64,000 nt of DNA, taken from a virus. Taxonomy: Duplodnaviria > Heunggongvirae > Uroviricota > Caudoviricetes. Within the stretch, counting starts at the first letter, position 1. The number at the start of each line of letters is the position of its first letter. The stretch covers positions 1-64,000 of the IMG/VR virus record IMGVR_UViG_2913177423_000001; one strand, 5' to 3'. A program made the position numbers and the translations under genes. Shown here in pieces: positions 9,842 through 20,240 of the stretch. The notes under the pieces are model-generated. The model saw only the letters and a list, made by a program, of their open reading frames with translations, was not told the origin of the DNA and made no database searches.

Positions 9842-10183
9842 GCTGTTGCTAAATCGCAATGTATGATCTGCATCATCGACTGAAATCATCCATTGCTGAA
9901 ATTTTTAGTTGATCTTCCTAATGTTCAGGCTTATATTCACGTCGTCGTAGCAAATTCTGCGACCAGGTTTGACAGCCTGAATGTTAGTGCGGACAACCGC
10001 AGATTTCCGATATTGCGGTATTTTTGTGTCCGTAAACCGCGTTACGCCCGAATTATGGTGGGGCGTGATGGGGAGGCTTCGGCCTGCTGGTTTCACTAAC
10101 GCCAGTCTGTCAACCCTGTCACGTCCTGCCACCTGTTTGACAGCGGGTAGCAGGTTGTTAAACCTGTTAGTGAGGCCGTAACT

Positions 10184-10408
10184 ATGGTTAATGCCAATCC
10201 TTGCTCACGTCCAGAATTCATCTGGCGTTTCCACTCCCTGCAAAAACACTGCGATCACTTCGCAATTGCCGCAACCGAAAAAGAAGCCCGTTCTCTGATC
10301 CCTGATCAGTATGGTGTTCTTACTGGTCGTTTCTCTACTTCCCAACAACCAAACACTAATCCCTGGTATCGCAATATTACCAATCCCGGCATTGCGGAGG
10401 CACACTGA
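10184..10408 (+). CDS. hypothetical 74-aa protein, paralog of 46953..47168
   Basis: ATG with GTGAGG upstream; shares EFIWRF and AATE-EAR motifs with ORF 46953. Confidence 0.5.
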   Translation: MVNANPCSRPEFIWRFHSLQKHCDHFAIAATEKEARSLIPDQYGVLTGRFSTSQQPNTNPWYRNITNPGIAEAH

Positions 10409-11115
10409 TGGATATCTGCATTCTTGAAAAGCCATCAATGACCAGCATTGAGATCGCGGAGCTGGTGGGAAGTCGTCCAGATAACGTAAAAATATCAATA
10501 GAGCGCCTGGCTAAATCTGGAGTTATTCAACTTCCTGCATTGCAGGTTTTCGAAAAAATCAATAACTTAGGACTACGCCGTAGTGTCGAGGCTTACGTCT
10601 TCGAAGGCGAGCAAGGCAAACGAGACAGCATTATTGTCGTTGCGCAGCTCTCTCCCGAATTCACCGCCCGGCTGGTGGACCGCTGGCGCGAACTGGAAGA
10701 ACAAGCACGCCAGCCGTTGACCGAAATAGAGATGATCGCCGCAATGGCTGCAAATGCAGTTCAGCAACAAAAGCGGCTTCATGTTGTTGAGTCAAAGGTT
10801 AGCCAGGTGGTAGAAACCGTCGAGCAAATCAAGAAGGGCAACATGCCAGATGGTTACATTGGCTACCGCCAGCTGGCGGCGAAATGTGGCCTGACCGAAG
10901 CCAAATGTCGCAACCTGGTTAACGCTTACCGGATTCCCACCGATACGCATGAGTTTTTAACGCCAGAGGGGATATTGTCGCGTCGTTCTATTGTGGCCTT
11001 ATTTCCCTTTATGAACGCTTTTACCCTGATGATGTCGGAGGCCGAGCGCCGCGGGAAACGCTGGTATCACCCAAGAATGGGCCAATTCCAGGTGATCGGT
11101 TGGGGAGGTGAGTGA
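10408..11115 (+). CDS. Rha-family phage regulatory protein
   Basis: N-terminal MTSIEIAELVGSRPDNV motif typical of Rha proteins; ATGA coupling; paralog of 47168..48094. Confidence 0.6.
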   Translation: MDICILEKPSMTSIEIAELVGSRPDNVKISIERLAKSGVIQLPALQVFEKINNLGLRRSVEAYVFEGEQGKRDSIIVVAQLSPEFTARLVDRWRELEEQARQPLTEIEMIAAMAANAVQQQKRLHVVESKVSQVVETVEQIKKGNMPDGYIGYRQLAAKCGLTEAKCRNLVNAYRIPTDTHEFLTPEGILSRRSIVALFPFMNAFTLMMSEAERRGKRWYHPRMGQFQVIGWGGE

Positions 11116-11312
11116 TGGACATCATGCAGGCGGTAAAAAATATCAGGGAAGGACGGGCTGAAGTGTGCCGCCGCAAAGCATGGAATATTGGTGTATGGGC
11201 ATGGCCTGATAATTGCTCTACAACCGGATGGTTTTGTATTAACGGACACCAGATCCGGGAAGTTGATTTATCGACGGCTGATATAGTCGGTAATGATTGG
11301 ATCGCGACTTGA
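11112..11312 (+). CDS. hypothetical 66-aa protein, homologous to the C-terminus of 47168..48094
   Basis: shares VCRR, GVW-WP and DWI motifs with the C-terminal part of the fused paralog. Confidence 0.45.
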   Translation: MMDIMQAVKNIREGRAEVCRRKAWNIGVWAWPDNCSTTGWFCINGHQIREVDLSTADIVGNDWIAT

Positions 11313-11320
11313 AGCGTGAT

Positions 11321-11346
11321 GCCCCGGCCTGGCCGGGGCTTTTTTC
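11321..11346. terminator. bidirectional intrinsic terminator
   Basis: GCCCCGGCC-tg-GCCGGGGC hairpin followed by TTTTTT; lies between convergent genes. Confidence 0.7.
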
Positions 11347-11830
11347 ATGCCTCATTGGTTGAGGTTGCTGCATCTCCGACTGGTAACAGAGCTGTATTGC
11401 GTGGCTCGCCAGCAGGCCAGCGATAGCCCGACACTCTTGATGTCGGGAATGCACGAATATTCACCGCATCCCCCTGGTTCCCACCCAGGACAAGCAGATC
11501 GCCATTGGCGCGGCGTCCGACGATGAAGCCTACATGCCCACCGCCTACGCGGGTAAATACAACGATACATCCGTATGCTGGTGTATCCAGTTTCTCGCCC
11601 CAATCCAGATAGGATTTTGCCGACTCAAATCTTGTTGAGCGGATACCCACACGCTCTAACATTGCGCCAACAAATGCTGCGCACCACGGAGTTTCATCGT
11701 CTTTAATTCCGCCGCGTTTAATATCCCTCCAGAACTGGACGATTTCTGGATTGTGTTTAGCCCCTTTGATTTCAGTCAGGCCAATATGTTTACGGGCTTC
11801 CATCAGCCAACGAGGATCGGAACTTACCAT
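11345..11830 (-). CDS. CHAP/TIGR02594-like peptidoglycan hydrolase, endolysin candidate
   Basis: ATG with GAGGGG upstream; Cys motif TPWCAAFV and His motif GGHVGFIVG typical of CHAP-type hydrolases. Confidence 0.5.
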   Translation of the reverse strand: MVSSDPRWLMEARKHIGLTEIKGAKHNPEIVQFWRDIKRGGIKDDETPWCAAFVGAMLERVGIRSTRFESAKSYLDWGEKLDTPAYGCIVVFTRVGGGHVGFIVGRRANGDLLVLGGNQGDAVNIRAFPTSRVSGYRWPAGEPRNTALLPVGDAATSTNEA

Positions 11831-12021
11831 AACTACCCCTCTGATTAACAAACGAACATAAACTATGGGGAGTATGTGATTTTCATGGCAGCAATTTTCT
11901 TATCCCGGTACGCCCATAAGCCTTCCTTGTCCGTGGCATGTTGAGTGTTAACCGTATACTGAATGTTTGAGCTTTCTCATTAATTAACTATATGATTTAA
12001 ATCATAAATGTTGTTACGTTT

Positions 12022-12053
12022 CTTATTGTAGGATAGAACTGTCCCACAATAAG
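12022..12053. promoter_or_regulatory. imperfect 12-bp inverted repeat, candidate operator
   Basis: CTTATTGTAGGA-N8-TCCCACAATAAG just upstream of gene 12065..12436. Confidence 0.35.
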
Positions 12054-12064
12054 AGATTGCAAAC

Positions 12065-12436
12065 ATGAGACTGACAAGAAGAAAAAAAGAGATACTCAGC
12101 TACTTTGAACCGGATAACCGTGAGTGGGTGACAATGGAGATTGGATCGCCTCCGTTTGATGTGTCCGGGGTGGCTTACTTGCTGCATAGTACGGATGCAA
12201 TCGACAAACAGTATTATCTCGAATCAACAAGGCGAACACTTGAGGCTATGGTGCGTGATGGCCTGCTTGAACGGGTAAAATCGTATGAGAGGCGACAGAA
12301 CAGGACTCAGAGCGGTTGTGGCGATGGTGTTCGTTGTATGGTTGTTCGTTATGGCCTTCCAGGTCAGTGTGCTGTTATGCGAGATGATGCCGGGGGTGAA
12401 CACGCAATAGACGGTGAGTTCGTTCGTATCGCCTGA
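12065..12436 (+). CDS. hypothetical 123-aa protein upstream of darB-like gene (Ulx position)
   Basis: ATG at 12065; stop abuts the giant ORF; function inferred only from position. Confidence 0.45.
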   Translation: MRLTRRKKEILSYFEPDNREWVTMEIGSPPFDVSGVAYLLHSTDAIDKQYYLESTRRTLEAMVRDGLLERVKSYERRQNRTQSGCGDGVRCMVVRYGLPGQCAVMRDDAGGEHAIDGEFVRIA

Positions 12437-15400
12437 CCTTTTCCGCTCTTATTCTTCCAAATTAACACACTCCATACCCTTTCAAACCGTACCGCTACAG
12501 GCGGATTTAACGGTTTTGAGGGGGCTTCCTTTGGACAAAATAATTGATTCAATTAGCCAGGCCACCAGCATTGGGGCGCTGATTGAAATTGTTAGTCGGT
12601 TGCATAAACCGCGATCTGTTGCGACCTTTGGCGTTAAGAAAGTCGATGGTGTCAGCATTCAAAAAACACGGCGGGCAGCAAACAACGCCGCAGTAGAGCT
12701 TCTTAATTCCCTTCCGCCCGGATTCGATGGGGCGAAATTAACTGAAGAACAGCGTCAGATTCTCGCCGGGTATACAGGTGAAGGCGGCCTTACTGACGGC
12801 GAGGGCAGCCAATACGAATACTACACACCACAGTTTATGGCTGAAGGTATATGGGATCTGTTTGCTGACTACGGTATTGATGGGGGTCATGTACTGGAAC
12901 CATCAGCTGGCACGGGTATTTTCCAGGAGACAAAACGGCAGGGAATGATAATGACCAGCGCCGAGCTGTCTCCGATCTCCGGTCGAATCAACCAGCTGTT
13001 GCACCCGGAAGACGATGTGAACATTGGGGCGTTCGAGGCTCTGGCGGCGAAAGACGCAATGTATGACCACGCTGTTGGTAACGTACCGTTTGGCGAAGGC
13101 CGTTCCGGCGTTGCAGGGCTTGATCCGGCATATGCAAACGAGAAGAACGTTGGCAATTACTTTGTGCTGCGCACGATCGACAAGGTTAAACCTGGTGGGC
13201 TTATCGTATTGGTGGTGCCGAATGGCATGACTGATGGTACGAAATACAAAAAATTGCGCGATAAAGTCAGCCGTAAAGCGGAATTTTTGGGCGCGCATCG
13301 TATGCCTTCCGGTACGTTCAGTGAATCAGGTACAGATACCGTGGTGGACGTATGGGTATTGCGTAAACATCCAGAAGCCTTCCTGGAGATGATCCCCGAT
13401 ACGGACGATTCGACGCTCAAATCGGCAAACGTCCTTTGGGATACCTTTCTCAAAGGGAAATGGTTCACTACGGAAGGAAAACGCTTTGTTTACGGCGATA
13501 TGGAGCGTACCAGCTTCCGCAATACCCTGGTGGTGAAAAAGGACGGTCGTGTATCCAATGAGTCGATGAAAACCGCGCTATCTCGTCGCTTTGATAGTCG
13601 CATCAATTGGGATTTGCTCGGCGTAACTACTCAGGCATGGCAGGGCGCGAAAGTGGGCGATAAACGCCTTGTAGGCGGCATCTGGCATGAGTTTGATGGC
13701 CTGAAATGGGTCAAGGACACGACAACCAAATCCTCCGCGCTTGATGTAAGCCGATATGGTGTTTCGACGTTTGGCGATCTGCAGATCGCGTTTCAGTCAA
13801 CAAATGGCATTCTGGCGTTGTCATGGGACCAGATATCGGCGATCGCGTCCGACTATCCATCGGTTATCAGTGATGAAGTAGCTGCAATGATTCGCTTTGC
13901 AGGCAAGCAGCGAGAAAAAGACAGAGAGCGCGTTATGCGCGGCGCACTGATAGGGCAGTTGATCAACAAGGCGCTTGATTTGCGTAACCTGGGGGTGAAT
14001 GTTGATGACAAACTGGCAGATGCATCCCGCCTGGCGGCAGCAGAAGTTGCGAAGTATGGACCACCGCACGCGATTAAGCTGAATGGGATTGTTGAAGCTG
14101 GCGCTAAAAACTGGATGACGTTCACTGGGAACGTGAAACAGGATGGCTCTACTTCGGACCTTCTTGCCGGACGACTTGATGTAACTAATGGCGCATCAGG
14201 TATCGACTTTGCTCGCCCGGAACAGGTTGTTACACACCTTTTCAGCGATGTGGCCCTTAATCCGATAACACTGGACGATTTCCGTGAGGCGTTTACTGGC
14301 GAACTGCCAGAAGACGACGATGCCGCTCTGGAATACCTGGCTAAATTTGAAGATATCGCTATTGATGGGTATGGCTGCCTGCTACCAATGGACCGCGCCA
14401 CCAGCGGCGACATTGCAACCAAAACAGCATTGCTGGTGGGCTGGCGTGATGCAGCAACAGGTGAGCAGAAAGCGAACTTTGAGCGCCAGTTGGCGAAAAT
14501 CGAAGAGAAACGCATTTTCACGCCACTAAATAAAGTCACCGTTAATCTGAATGCCCGCTGGCTGGACCGCCGCTTGATAAAAGAGTTCCTGGCAGAACAG
14601 GGCTATGACGAGTTTAAGTACACAGAACCTGATCTGAAGGTCGTCGATGGCATTCTGGTATCCCCGGACGATTACGAAGGTAAGGACGGGGTATTTACTG
14701 GCTATCAGCTACGAACCGTAAACGGCAAAAACGGGAATGAGTTCAAGAAGGCCAACAATAAAGACGGCTTCCTGAACCAGTTAGAAAACTACCTGAACGG
14801 CGTCAAACCGCGAGGGCAGAACGCTAACGAGTACCTGGATAAGATTGCTCAACTTGAAGTTAGCTTTAACGACTGGTTACGCACTCACCCGCAGGCTGAT
14901 CAGATAGCCCGCGACTATAACGACGCATTCAATGGCTTCATCCCGTTTACACATTCTGACGCACCGCTTGGCCTGGAAGGGATTAGTGGGAAGCGCATTC
15001 CTCTGACTTATCAGAATGAGGAAGTTCGTCGCTTGTCAGAAGATGGGCGCGGCATCATGGGATTTGGCACCGGGCTTGGTAAAACCACGACTGCGCTTGC
15101 ACTTGAGGCGTATAACTTCGAAACAGGCCGAACTAAACGCACCTGTATTGTTGTCCCGAAAGCGGTTTATCAGAACTGGTATCACGAGGCTCAGAGCTTC
15201 TACAGTCCAGAAGCCTTCTCAAATATGATGTTTATCGGGCTTGATGAAGTTCGTGATGACGGCGGCAATATTCTTACCGCGCCAGTGCTTGATGAAAATG
15301 GTGAACCACGTCTGGACAGAAACGGTCAGCCTCTTACCCGCAATGTGGTGAAAGAGTCCTCCAGTGCCGTTATCGTTCAGCGCATGAACATGATCCCGTC

Positions 15401-18400
15401 GTCAAATTGGCGAACGGTCATCATGACAAAAGAACAATTCGCGTCTATCCCGCTACGAGAAAAAACCATCGAGGAGAACTCACAGCAAGCTGTCTTTAAT
15501 GCTGTTGAAATGGGGCGTCTTGACCTGGCGTCTGGCAAGCACCGTGACGCGCAGAAGAAGAACAAGATTAAGGACCAGGCCGCAAATACCGGGACCACGA
15601 AGAAGCAGAATATCCCGTACTTTGAGGATATGAACTTCGATAGCGTGATTGCCGACGAAGGGCATAACTACCGCAACTCATTTAATGCCGGGCGTGAAGC
15701 GGGGCAGATGGCATATTTGCCTAACCCGGCAGTATCCAAAATGGCCCGCGACATGGCTGTAAAAGCTGCGTACATGATGAAACGCAACAACGGGCGCGGA
15801 GTAGTTATGCTGACGGCAACACCGCTGGTGAACAGTCCGATTGATGCTTTCAACATGCTGTCTACTGTTATTCCGCAGGAAGAGTGGATGCGCATGGGCA
15901 TTATTACGCCGGATGATTTCGTTCGTGTGTTTGGCAAAACTGCCACCGTTCAGGTCCAGAAAATTTCCGGGGAAGTGGAAGAGAAGCAGGGGCTGGTGGG
16001 CTTCCAGAACCTTGATGGTCTGCGTGGTATTTTCCACCGTTGGACCACTCTGAAGACTGCTGCGGATGTTGGAGCGACGGTCAAAATCCCCGACATCATC
16101 GAGAATACCTTGCAGATCCCGATGACAGGGGAGCAGGAGGCTGCTTATGAAGAGCTTCGCAAGCGTGCACAAGAATTAAGTCGTAAAGATGCGCTGACAG
16201 TCGATGAAAGCGGGCATATCACAAGCGAAAAGCCGGATGACTTCATCTTCTCCATCATCCGCGACATGGATAAGGTTGCTATAGATCCGGATCTGTATGC
16301 CAGTGCGATTACATTCCAGTTCCCCGTTGAGCTTGCAGACAAGGTAAAAGCTATTGCTGATGGCCTGCCAAAAGTAGCTGGCGGTAAAGTGGCAGATGAT
16401 GCAGACGAGGCCGAGGAAGACGGCGCTGGCGGGCTGGTTAGTACGCGTACCAGCAAGGTAGTGAAGACCACCTTTAGTGAACATCCGGCGCATGTTGAAA
16501 TACGTGCCAGCATTGAACTGGAGGCTGAAATACTGAAGGCCATTGCTGCCGCCGGGATTGATATGCAGCAGGTATCACACCCCATCCCGCCGAAGTATGC
16601 CGCGCTGATCGAAAACCTTCGTGAAGGCCTGAAGAACGGTAAACAAATCGTCTTCATTGATGAAAAAGCCCAGCACCAGAAGCTGCGCCGTATTATCGCC
16701 AGTGCACTGCAAATGCCGGAGCAGGAGATAGGCATTATCAATGCGACGACCGTTAGCCAGGCTGGCGGCATCAAGCTGAAGAAGGTGAATAAGCCGACCG
16801 AACCTACTCCGAATAAAAACGGTGAATACAAAGAAGGGGCATGGGAAACCTACTACAGCAAACTTGCCCAATATGAGGATTATCTCTCAGCTAAAAATGA
16901 TGCTGGCCTTGAGGGTATGGAAGGCATTGCCGCCGACTATAACGAAGGTCGCACGCGCATCATTATCTGTAACAAGAAGGCTGAAGTAGGTATTAACCTG
17001 CATATCGGGACAACCGATATCCACCACCTGACACTACCCTGGACACCAGCCAGTATCGACCAACGAAATGGGCGCGGTGCGCGCGTAGGTTCACCGCAAG
17101 AGAAGGTCAATGTTCACTACTATTGTGGCAAAGGCACATTCGACGACTTCCGTCTGGATACGCTGAAACGTAAGAAAGACTGGATCAAGATGGTGATGAC
17201 CTCCGACATGTCAGAGATCGCCAATGGTGATGCGGATGATGCTGATGAACGCGCCATTATGCTGGCGGCAAACCCGGAAGAACGCCGCGCAATCATGGCT
17301 CGCCAGGCGCAAGAGCGTGAAGAACGTCTGAAACTGAAAGCACAGCGCGAGGCCAACAATGCTCTCGATATCTACCTGAAAGCGGCAAACGCCGCCGGAA
17401 AAGATATCGGCATGATGGAGACAGAACTGAAAAGCGCGATGGAACAGATAGAGTATTACCAGCGAAATCTTGACGACCTGATAAAAGCGGGTACGAACAG
17501 GAATGGGCAAAAATACGCGCTTGAGCAGTTGAGTAGCTACAGAAAACGTGCGCGGGTGCTGCGGTTTGCGATCACCAGGGCAAAAGACGCGGATACCATA
17601 ATGAAACGCTCTCGTGGTGATGTGGAGCGCGCTATTAAGTCTGGTGTGCTGGATATCAGTATCGATGTTATTCAGAACCCACAGGAATATATGCGCACTG
17701 ACAAGAATATCCTGTTGCATAAAGGTAGTTATTACCGTGCAGTCATTGATGATCGCGAAACAACAGCGATTGTCCGGGTGGAAAAAATTGACGGTGAAAA
17801 AGCACAATACCTCTGCCGTATCGCCTGGCTGGATAGAGCAAGTCGTTACGCTCGATCACCGGGGTCTATCGTTACATTGCCGTTTGACTCTGTGATTGAA
17901 GCGGTAACTTTTGAAGAGGGGGTAGCTGAATCGCGCGCAACGGCTGCGCGTGGTGTTCAGTGCCACCAGCTATCAACAATACTTACTCGCGATCAGTTCT
18001 ATGATGCTATTCGCAATGGGGTAATGAATGTTATTGCTGGTAAACCTGGTAATGCATGGGGCGGTGGGTCAGCTATTAAATACTGGGCATATCGCACAGA
18101 TGATGGTCAGATCGCGCTGTCATCGGCCTATGATGGCGTGATAGGCCAAAAAATCGGGCGAGCATCGGATATAGCACCTGAGCGATGGATATATCCTGAT
18201 GGCAACGACGAGGCGCTGAAGCGTGAAGTGGCAAAAATACAAGCCAGTGATAACCCGCTGAATATCGTGGACGGCGAGGGATTCCTCCAGGCATTGTATG
18301 GGTATGATTACATCCAGGGAATGCAGGCATGGGGCGCACAGGCAACGATGGATGATGTTGCCCAGGAGTTCGAAAACTGGATGGCTGGGCGTGGTCTGTC

Positions 18401-19367
18401 AGGTCGCTCGCTTAATAAAGTCACTTCTGAAGATATTCTTAGCTTGTTCCGCAAACCGTCCGGAGAAGGTCTGGAATCATTCTGGAGGACCGTGCTGGCA
18501 TACCGTTTATTCAAGGGCAGGATGAAAGCCTTTAGCAATATCGATGATATTGAACGGATGTTTAATCAGGTCAAGATCGCGAAAATTAAGACGAAGATCG
18601 AAAAGACACGTTCTGCGCTGGTGGCCTGGCGCGATGCATTGTTTGAGCAATATAAATCACTCAGTGATGCAGATGGATGGGCGGCACTGGAACAGTTGGC
18701 GAATAATGGGGTAGATGGAGCGAAACTCGCCATAGTCCAGGCTGATAACCCCCTGGAATCACCGGCAGCACAGTGGATTAAGGTGGGTGCTGTCATCAAT
18801 GCCTTTGATGAAAAACACATCAGTAAGGACGATTTTGCTGATGCTGTTTCCCTTAATCGCCTGGTAGAAATGGCTGTCCGCCGCGCTCGTGAGTTGAAAG
18901 ACGGTGACTATGTGAATGAGTTGCCAGATGCGCTCAAATCGGCAACGTGGCAAGACTATGTATCGCTGAAAAACGGCGGGGCCACTGAATCAGAGATCGC
19001 GGAAAGGCTTGAGCAGGCTGAAAGCAAAAGAGAAGAGCAGGCGGCAGAGGCTGAAGCCAGGGCTGATGAAGCGGCGAATGATGACTATATCATTGTGGTT
19101 AATGATAAGCCGATTCGCGCTAAGGCACGTGTTCGCGGGCGCTGGTGGAGTGTCAGCGAGGACGTTGGCGCGGTTTATCTCATTGCCGATCAGCCAGGTT
19201 CCTCGACAATACGGAACGCCAAAGACGCCATTAAGAAGATTGGCGGGCGTTTCTGGAATTTTGAAGCAAACCCGGTTGCTGATGTGAACTTTGACCGTCC
19301 GGCATGGATGGTATCTACGCGTTACTCGGTAGATGAACTGCGTAAAATAATAACCAACGCGGCCTAA
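12414..19367 (+). CDS. darB: DarB-like giant methyltransferase-helicase, putative anti-restriction protein
   Basis: 2317-aa ORF; SAM-MTase motifs LEPSAGTGIF and NVPFGE, helicase motifs GFGTGLGKTT, DEGH and QRNGRGARVGS; true start probably TTG near 12531 after GAGGGG. Confidence 0.8.
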   Translation: MSSFVSPDLFRSYSSKLTHSIPFQTVPLQADLTVLRGLPLDKIIDSISQATSIGALIEIVSRLHKPRSVATFGVKKVDGVSIQKTRRAANNAAVELLNSLPPGFDGAKLTEEQRQILAGYTGEGGLTDGEGSQYEYYTPQFMAEGIWDLFADYGIDGGHVLEPSAGTGIFQETKRQGMIMTSAELSPISGRINQLLHPEDDVNIGAFEALAAKDAMYDHAVGNVPFGEGRSGVAGLDPAYANEKNVGNYFVLRTIDKVKPGGLIVLVVPNGMTDGTKYKKLRDKVSRKAEFLGAHRMPSGTFSESGTDTVVDVWVLRKHPEAFLEMIPDTDDSTLKSANVLWDTFLKGKWFTTEGKRFVYGDMERTSFRNTLVVKKDGRVSNESMKTALSRRFDSRINWDLLGVTTQAWQGAKVGDKRLVGGIWHEFDGLKWVKDTTTKSSALDVSRYGVSTFGDLQIAFQSTNGILALSWDQISAIASDYPSVISDEVAAMIRFAGKQREKDRERVMRGALIGQLINKALDLRNLGVNVDDKLADASRLAAAEVAKYGPPHAIKLNGIVEAGAKNWMTFTGNVKQDGSTSDLLAGRLDVTNGASGIDFARPEQVVTHLFSDVALNPITLDDFREAFTGELPEDDDAALEYLAKFEDIAIDGYGCLLPMDRATSGDIATKTALLVGWRDAATGEQKANFERQLAKIEEKRIFTPLNKVTVNLNARWLDRRLIKEFLAEQGYDEFKYTEPDLKVVDGILVSPDDYEGKDGVFTGYQLRTVNGKNGNEFKKANNKDGFLNQLENYLNGVKPRGQNANEYLDKIAQLEVSFNDWLRTHPQADQIARDYNDAFNGFIPFTHSDAPLGLEGISGKRIPLTYQNEEVRRLSEDGRGIMGFGTGLGKTTTALALEAYNFETGRTKRTCIVVPKAVYQNWYHEAQSFYSPEAFSNMMFIGLDEVRDDGGNILTAPVLDENGEPRLDRNGQPLTRNVVKESSSAVIVQRMNMIPSSNWRTVIMTKEQFASIPLREKTIEENSQQAVFNAVEMGRLDLASGKHRDAQKKNKIKDQAANTGTTKKQNIPYFEDMNFDSVIADEGHNYRNSFNAGREAGQMAYLPNPAVSKMARDMAVKAAYMMKRNNGRGVVMLTATPLVNSPIDAFNMLSTVIPQEEWMRMGIITPDDFVRVFGKTATVQVQKISGEVEEKQGLVGFQNLDGLRGIFHRWTTLKTAADVGATVKIPDIIENTLQIPMTGEQEAAYEELRKRAQELSRKDALTVDESGHITSEKPDDFIFSIIRDMDKVAIDPDLYASAITFQFPVELADKVKAIADGLPKVAGGKVADDADEAEEDGAGGLVSTRTSKVVKTTFSEHPAHVEIRASIELEAEILKAIAAAGIDMQQVSHPIPPKYAALIENLREGLKNGKQIVFIDEKAQHQKLRRIIASALQMPEQEIGIINATTVSQAGGIKLKKVNKPTEPTPNKNGEYKEGAWETYYSKLAQYEDYLSAKNDAGLEGMEGIAADYNEGRTRIIICNKKAEVGINLHIGTTDIHHLTLPWTPASIDQRNGRGARVGSPQEKVNVHYYCGKGTFDDFRLDTLKRKKDWIKMVMTSDMSEIANGDADDADERAIMLAANPEERRAIMARQAQEREERLKLKAQREANNALDIYLKAANAAGKDIGMMETELKSAMEQIEYYQRNLDDLIKAGTNRNGQKYALEQLSSYRKRARVLRFAITRAKDADTIMKRSRGDVERAIKSGVLDISIDVIQNPQEYMRTDKNILLHKGSYYRAVIDDRETTAIVRVEKIDGEKAQYLCRIAWLDRASRYARSPGSIVTLPFDSVIEAVTFEEGVAESRATAARGVQCHQLSTILTRDQFYDAIRNGVMNVIAGKPGNAWGGGSAIKYWAYRTDDGQIALSSAYDGVIGQKIGRASDIAPERWIYPDGNDEALKREVAKIQASDNPLNIVDGEGFLQALYGYDYIQGMQAWGAQATMDDVAQEFENWMAGRGLSGRSLNKVTSEDILSLFRKPSGEGLESFWRTVLAYRLFKGRMKAFSNIDDIERMFNQVKIAKIKTKIEKTRSALVAWRDALFEQYKSLSDADGWAALEQLANNGVDGAKLAIVQADNPLESPAAQWIKVGAVINAFDEKHISKDDFADAVSLNRLVEMAVRRARELKDGDYVNELPDALKSATWQDYVSLKNGGATESEIAERLEQAESKREEQAAEAEARADEAANDDYIIVVNDKPIRAKARVRGRWWSVSEDVGAVYLIADQPGSSTIRNAKDAIKKIGGRFWNFEANPVADVNFDRPAWMVSTRYSVDELRKIITNAA

Positions 19368-19403
19368 CTAATAAGGAGCGGCCCCGGTTGGGGCCGAATT
19401 AAA

Positions 19404-19838
19404 ATGACGACATTAATCGATACCGTTAAACCGACAGAATCTTACCTTGAAGAAATTTTGCCGCAGGCGCTCAATGGCAGGAGTGAAGACGAGTTCCTGA
19501 CAGTATATCTTGCTGGGATGGTTGAAAGGCTAAAGAAAGATCCACAGCTTTATCACCTTTATGGTCCGTGGTGGCCTGCGCTTAAAACGATATTGCTGGA
19601 GCGCGGCGACACATCATTTGGACAGGTTGTAGATAGCGATGTGGCAGAGATCTACAGAATGAGTCGCCCGGCGCTTACGGTTTTAGCCGGGCATCTGTAT
19701 TCGAGCGAGCGCCTGGAAAATGACGCGGTATACAATCCAGTTCATGCTCTGGAAGTTGCACCTTATGCTGATGATACAGAGCCATACGTATACACTAGTT
19801 ACGACGAGTCTATAGAGAAATATCGAATTATGGGGTAG
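19404..19838 (+). CDS. hypothetical protein (144 aa)
   Basis: ORF following a GC hairpin after darB-like gene. Confidence 0.5.
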   Translation: MTTLIDTVKPTESYLEEILPQALNGRSEDEFLTVYLAGMVERLKKDPQLYHLYGPWWPALKTILLERGDTSFGQVVDSDVAEIYRMSRPALTVLAGHLYSSERLENDAVYNPVHALEVAPYADDTEPYVYTSYDESIEKYRIMG

Positions 19839-19840
19839 TC

Positions 19841-20101
19841 ATGCGAAAGAACCGTCGGTTTACGCTCGAAGACCTAAAGGAATATTCCATATCGAAGGGG
19901 TATGTCCTTGAGTTCCACCGTTACAAGAAGGTTTTTACGCTGCGAAAAGCAGAAAAACCAGCGAGCTGGAGCTGGGTATACTTCCCTCATACAGAAGACA
20001 AACTGGTAGAGCTTGTTGACGATTTGACCTATGAAGGTTGGCTAATCGCAATCGACAAGACAATCACAGAAATATCCGAACCGGATAAAATAAATCTTTA
20101 A
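19841..20101 (+). CDS. hypothetical protein (86 aa)
   Basis: tightly spaced after the preceding ORF. Confidence 0.45.
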   Translation: MRKNRRFTLEDLKEYSISKGYVLEFHRYKKVFTLRKAEKPASWSWVYFPHTEDKLVELVDDLTYEGWLIAIDKTITEISEPDKINL

Positions 20102-20240
20102 AAATAACAGGTTGGGTAAATGCCATGCGATTTACCCGCCTTGTTGATTAAGGTCACTCTTTACTCTAAAAGCAAATCCGACCTGTTGCATATAGCCCAG
20201 CCTTGAGTAGTATCTCTCTTGTTTTACAAATCTAACGTAG

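Noticed and set aside
12887-18820. Numerous minus-strand and alternative-frame ORFs inside the darB-like gene (e.g. 13853..14539, 15678..16172, 16145..16831, 17211..17807)
   Set aside because: They are shadow ORFs nested in a 7-kb gene with coherent domain motifs; none has RBS or motif support.
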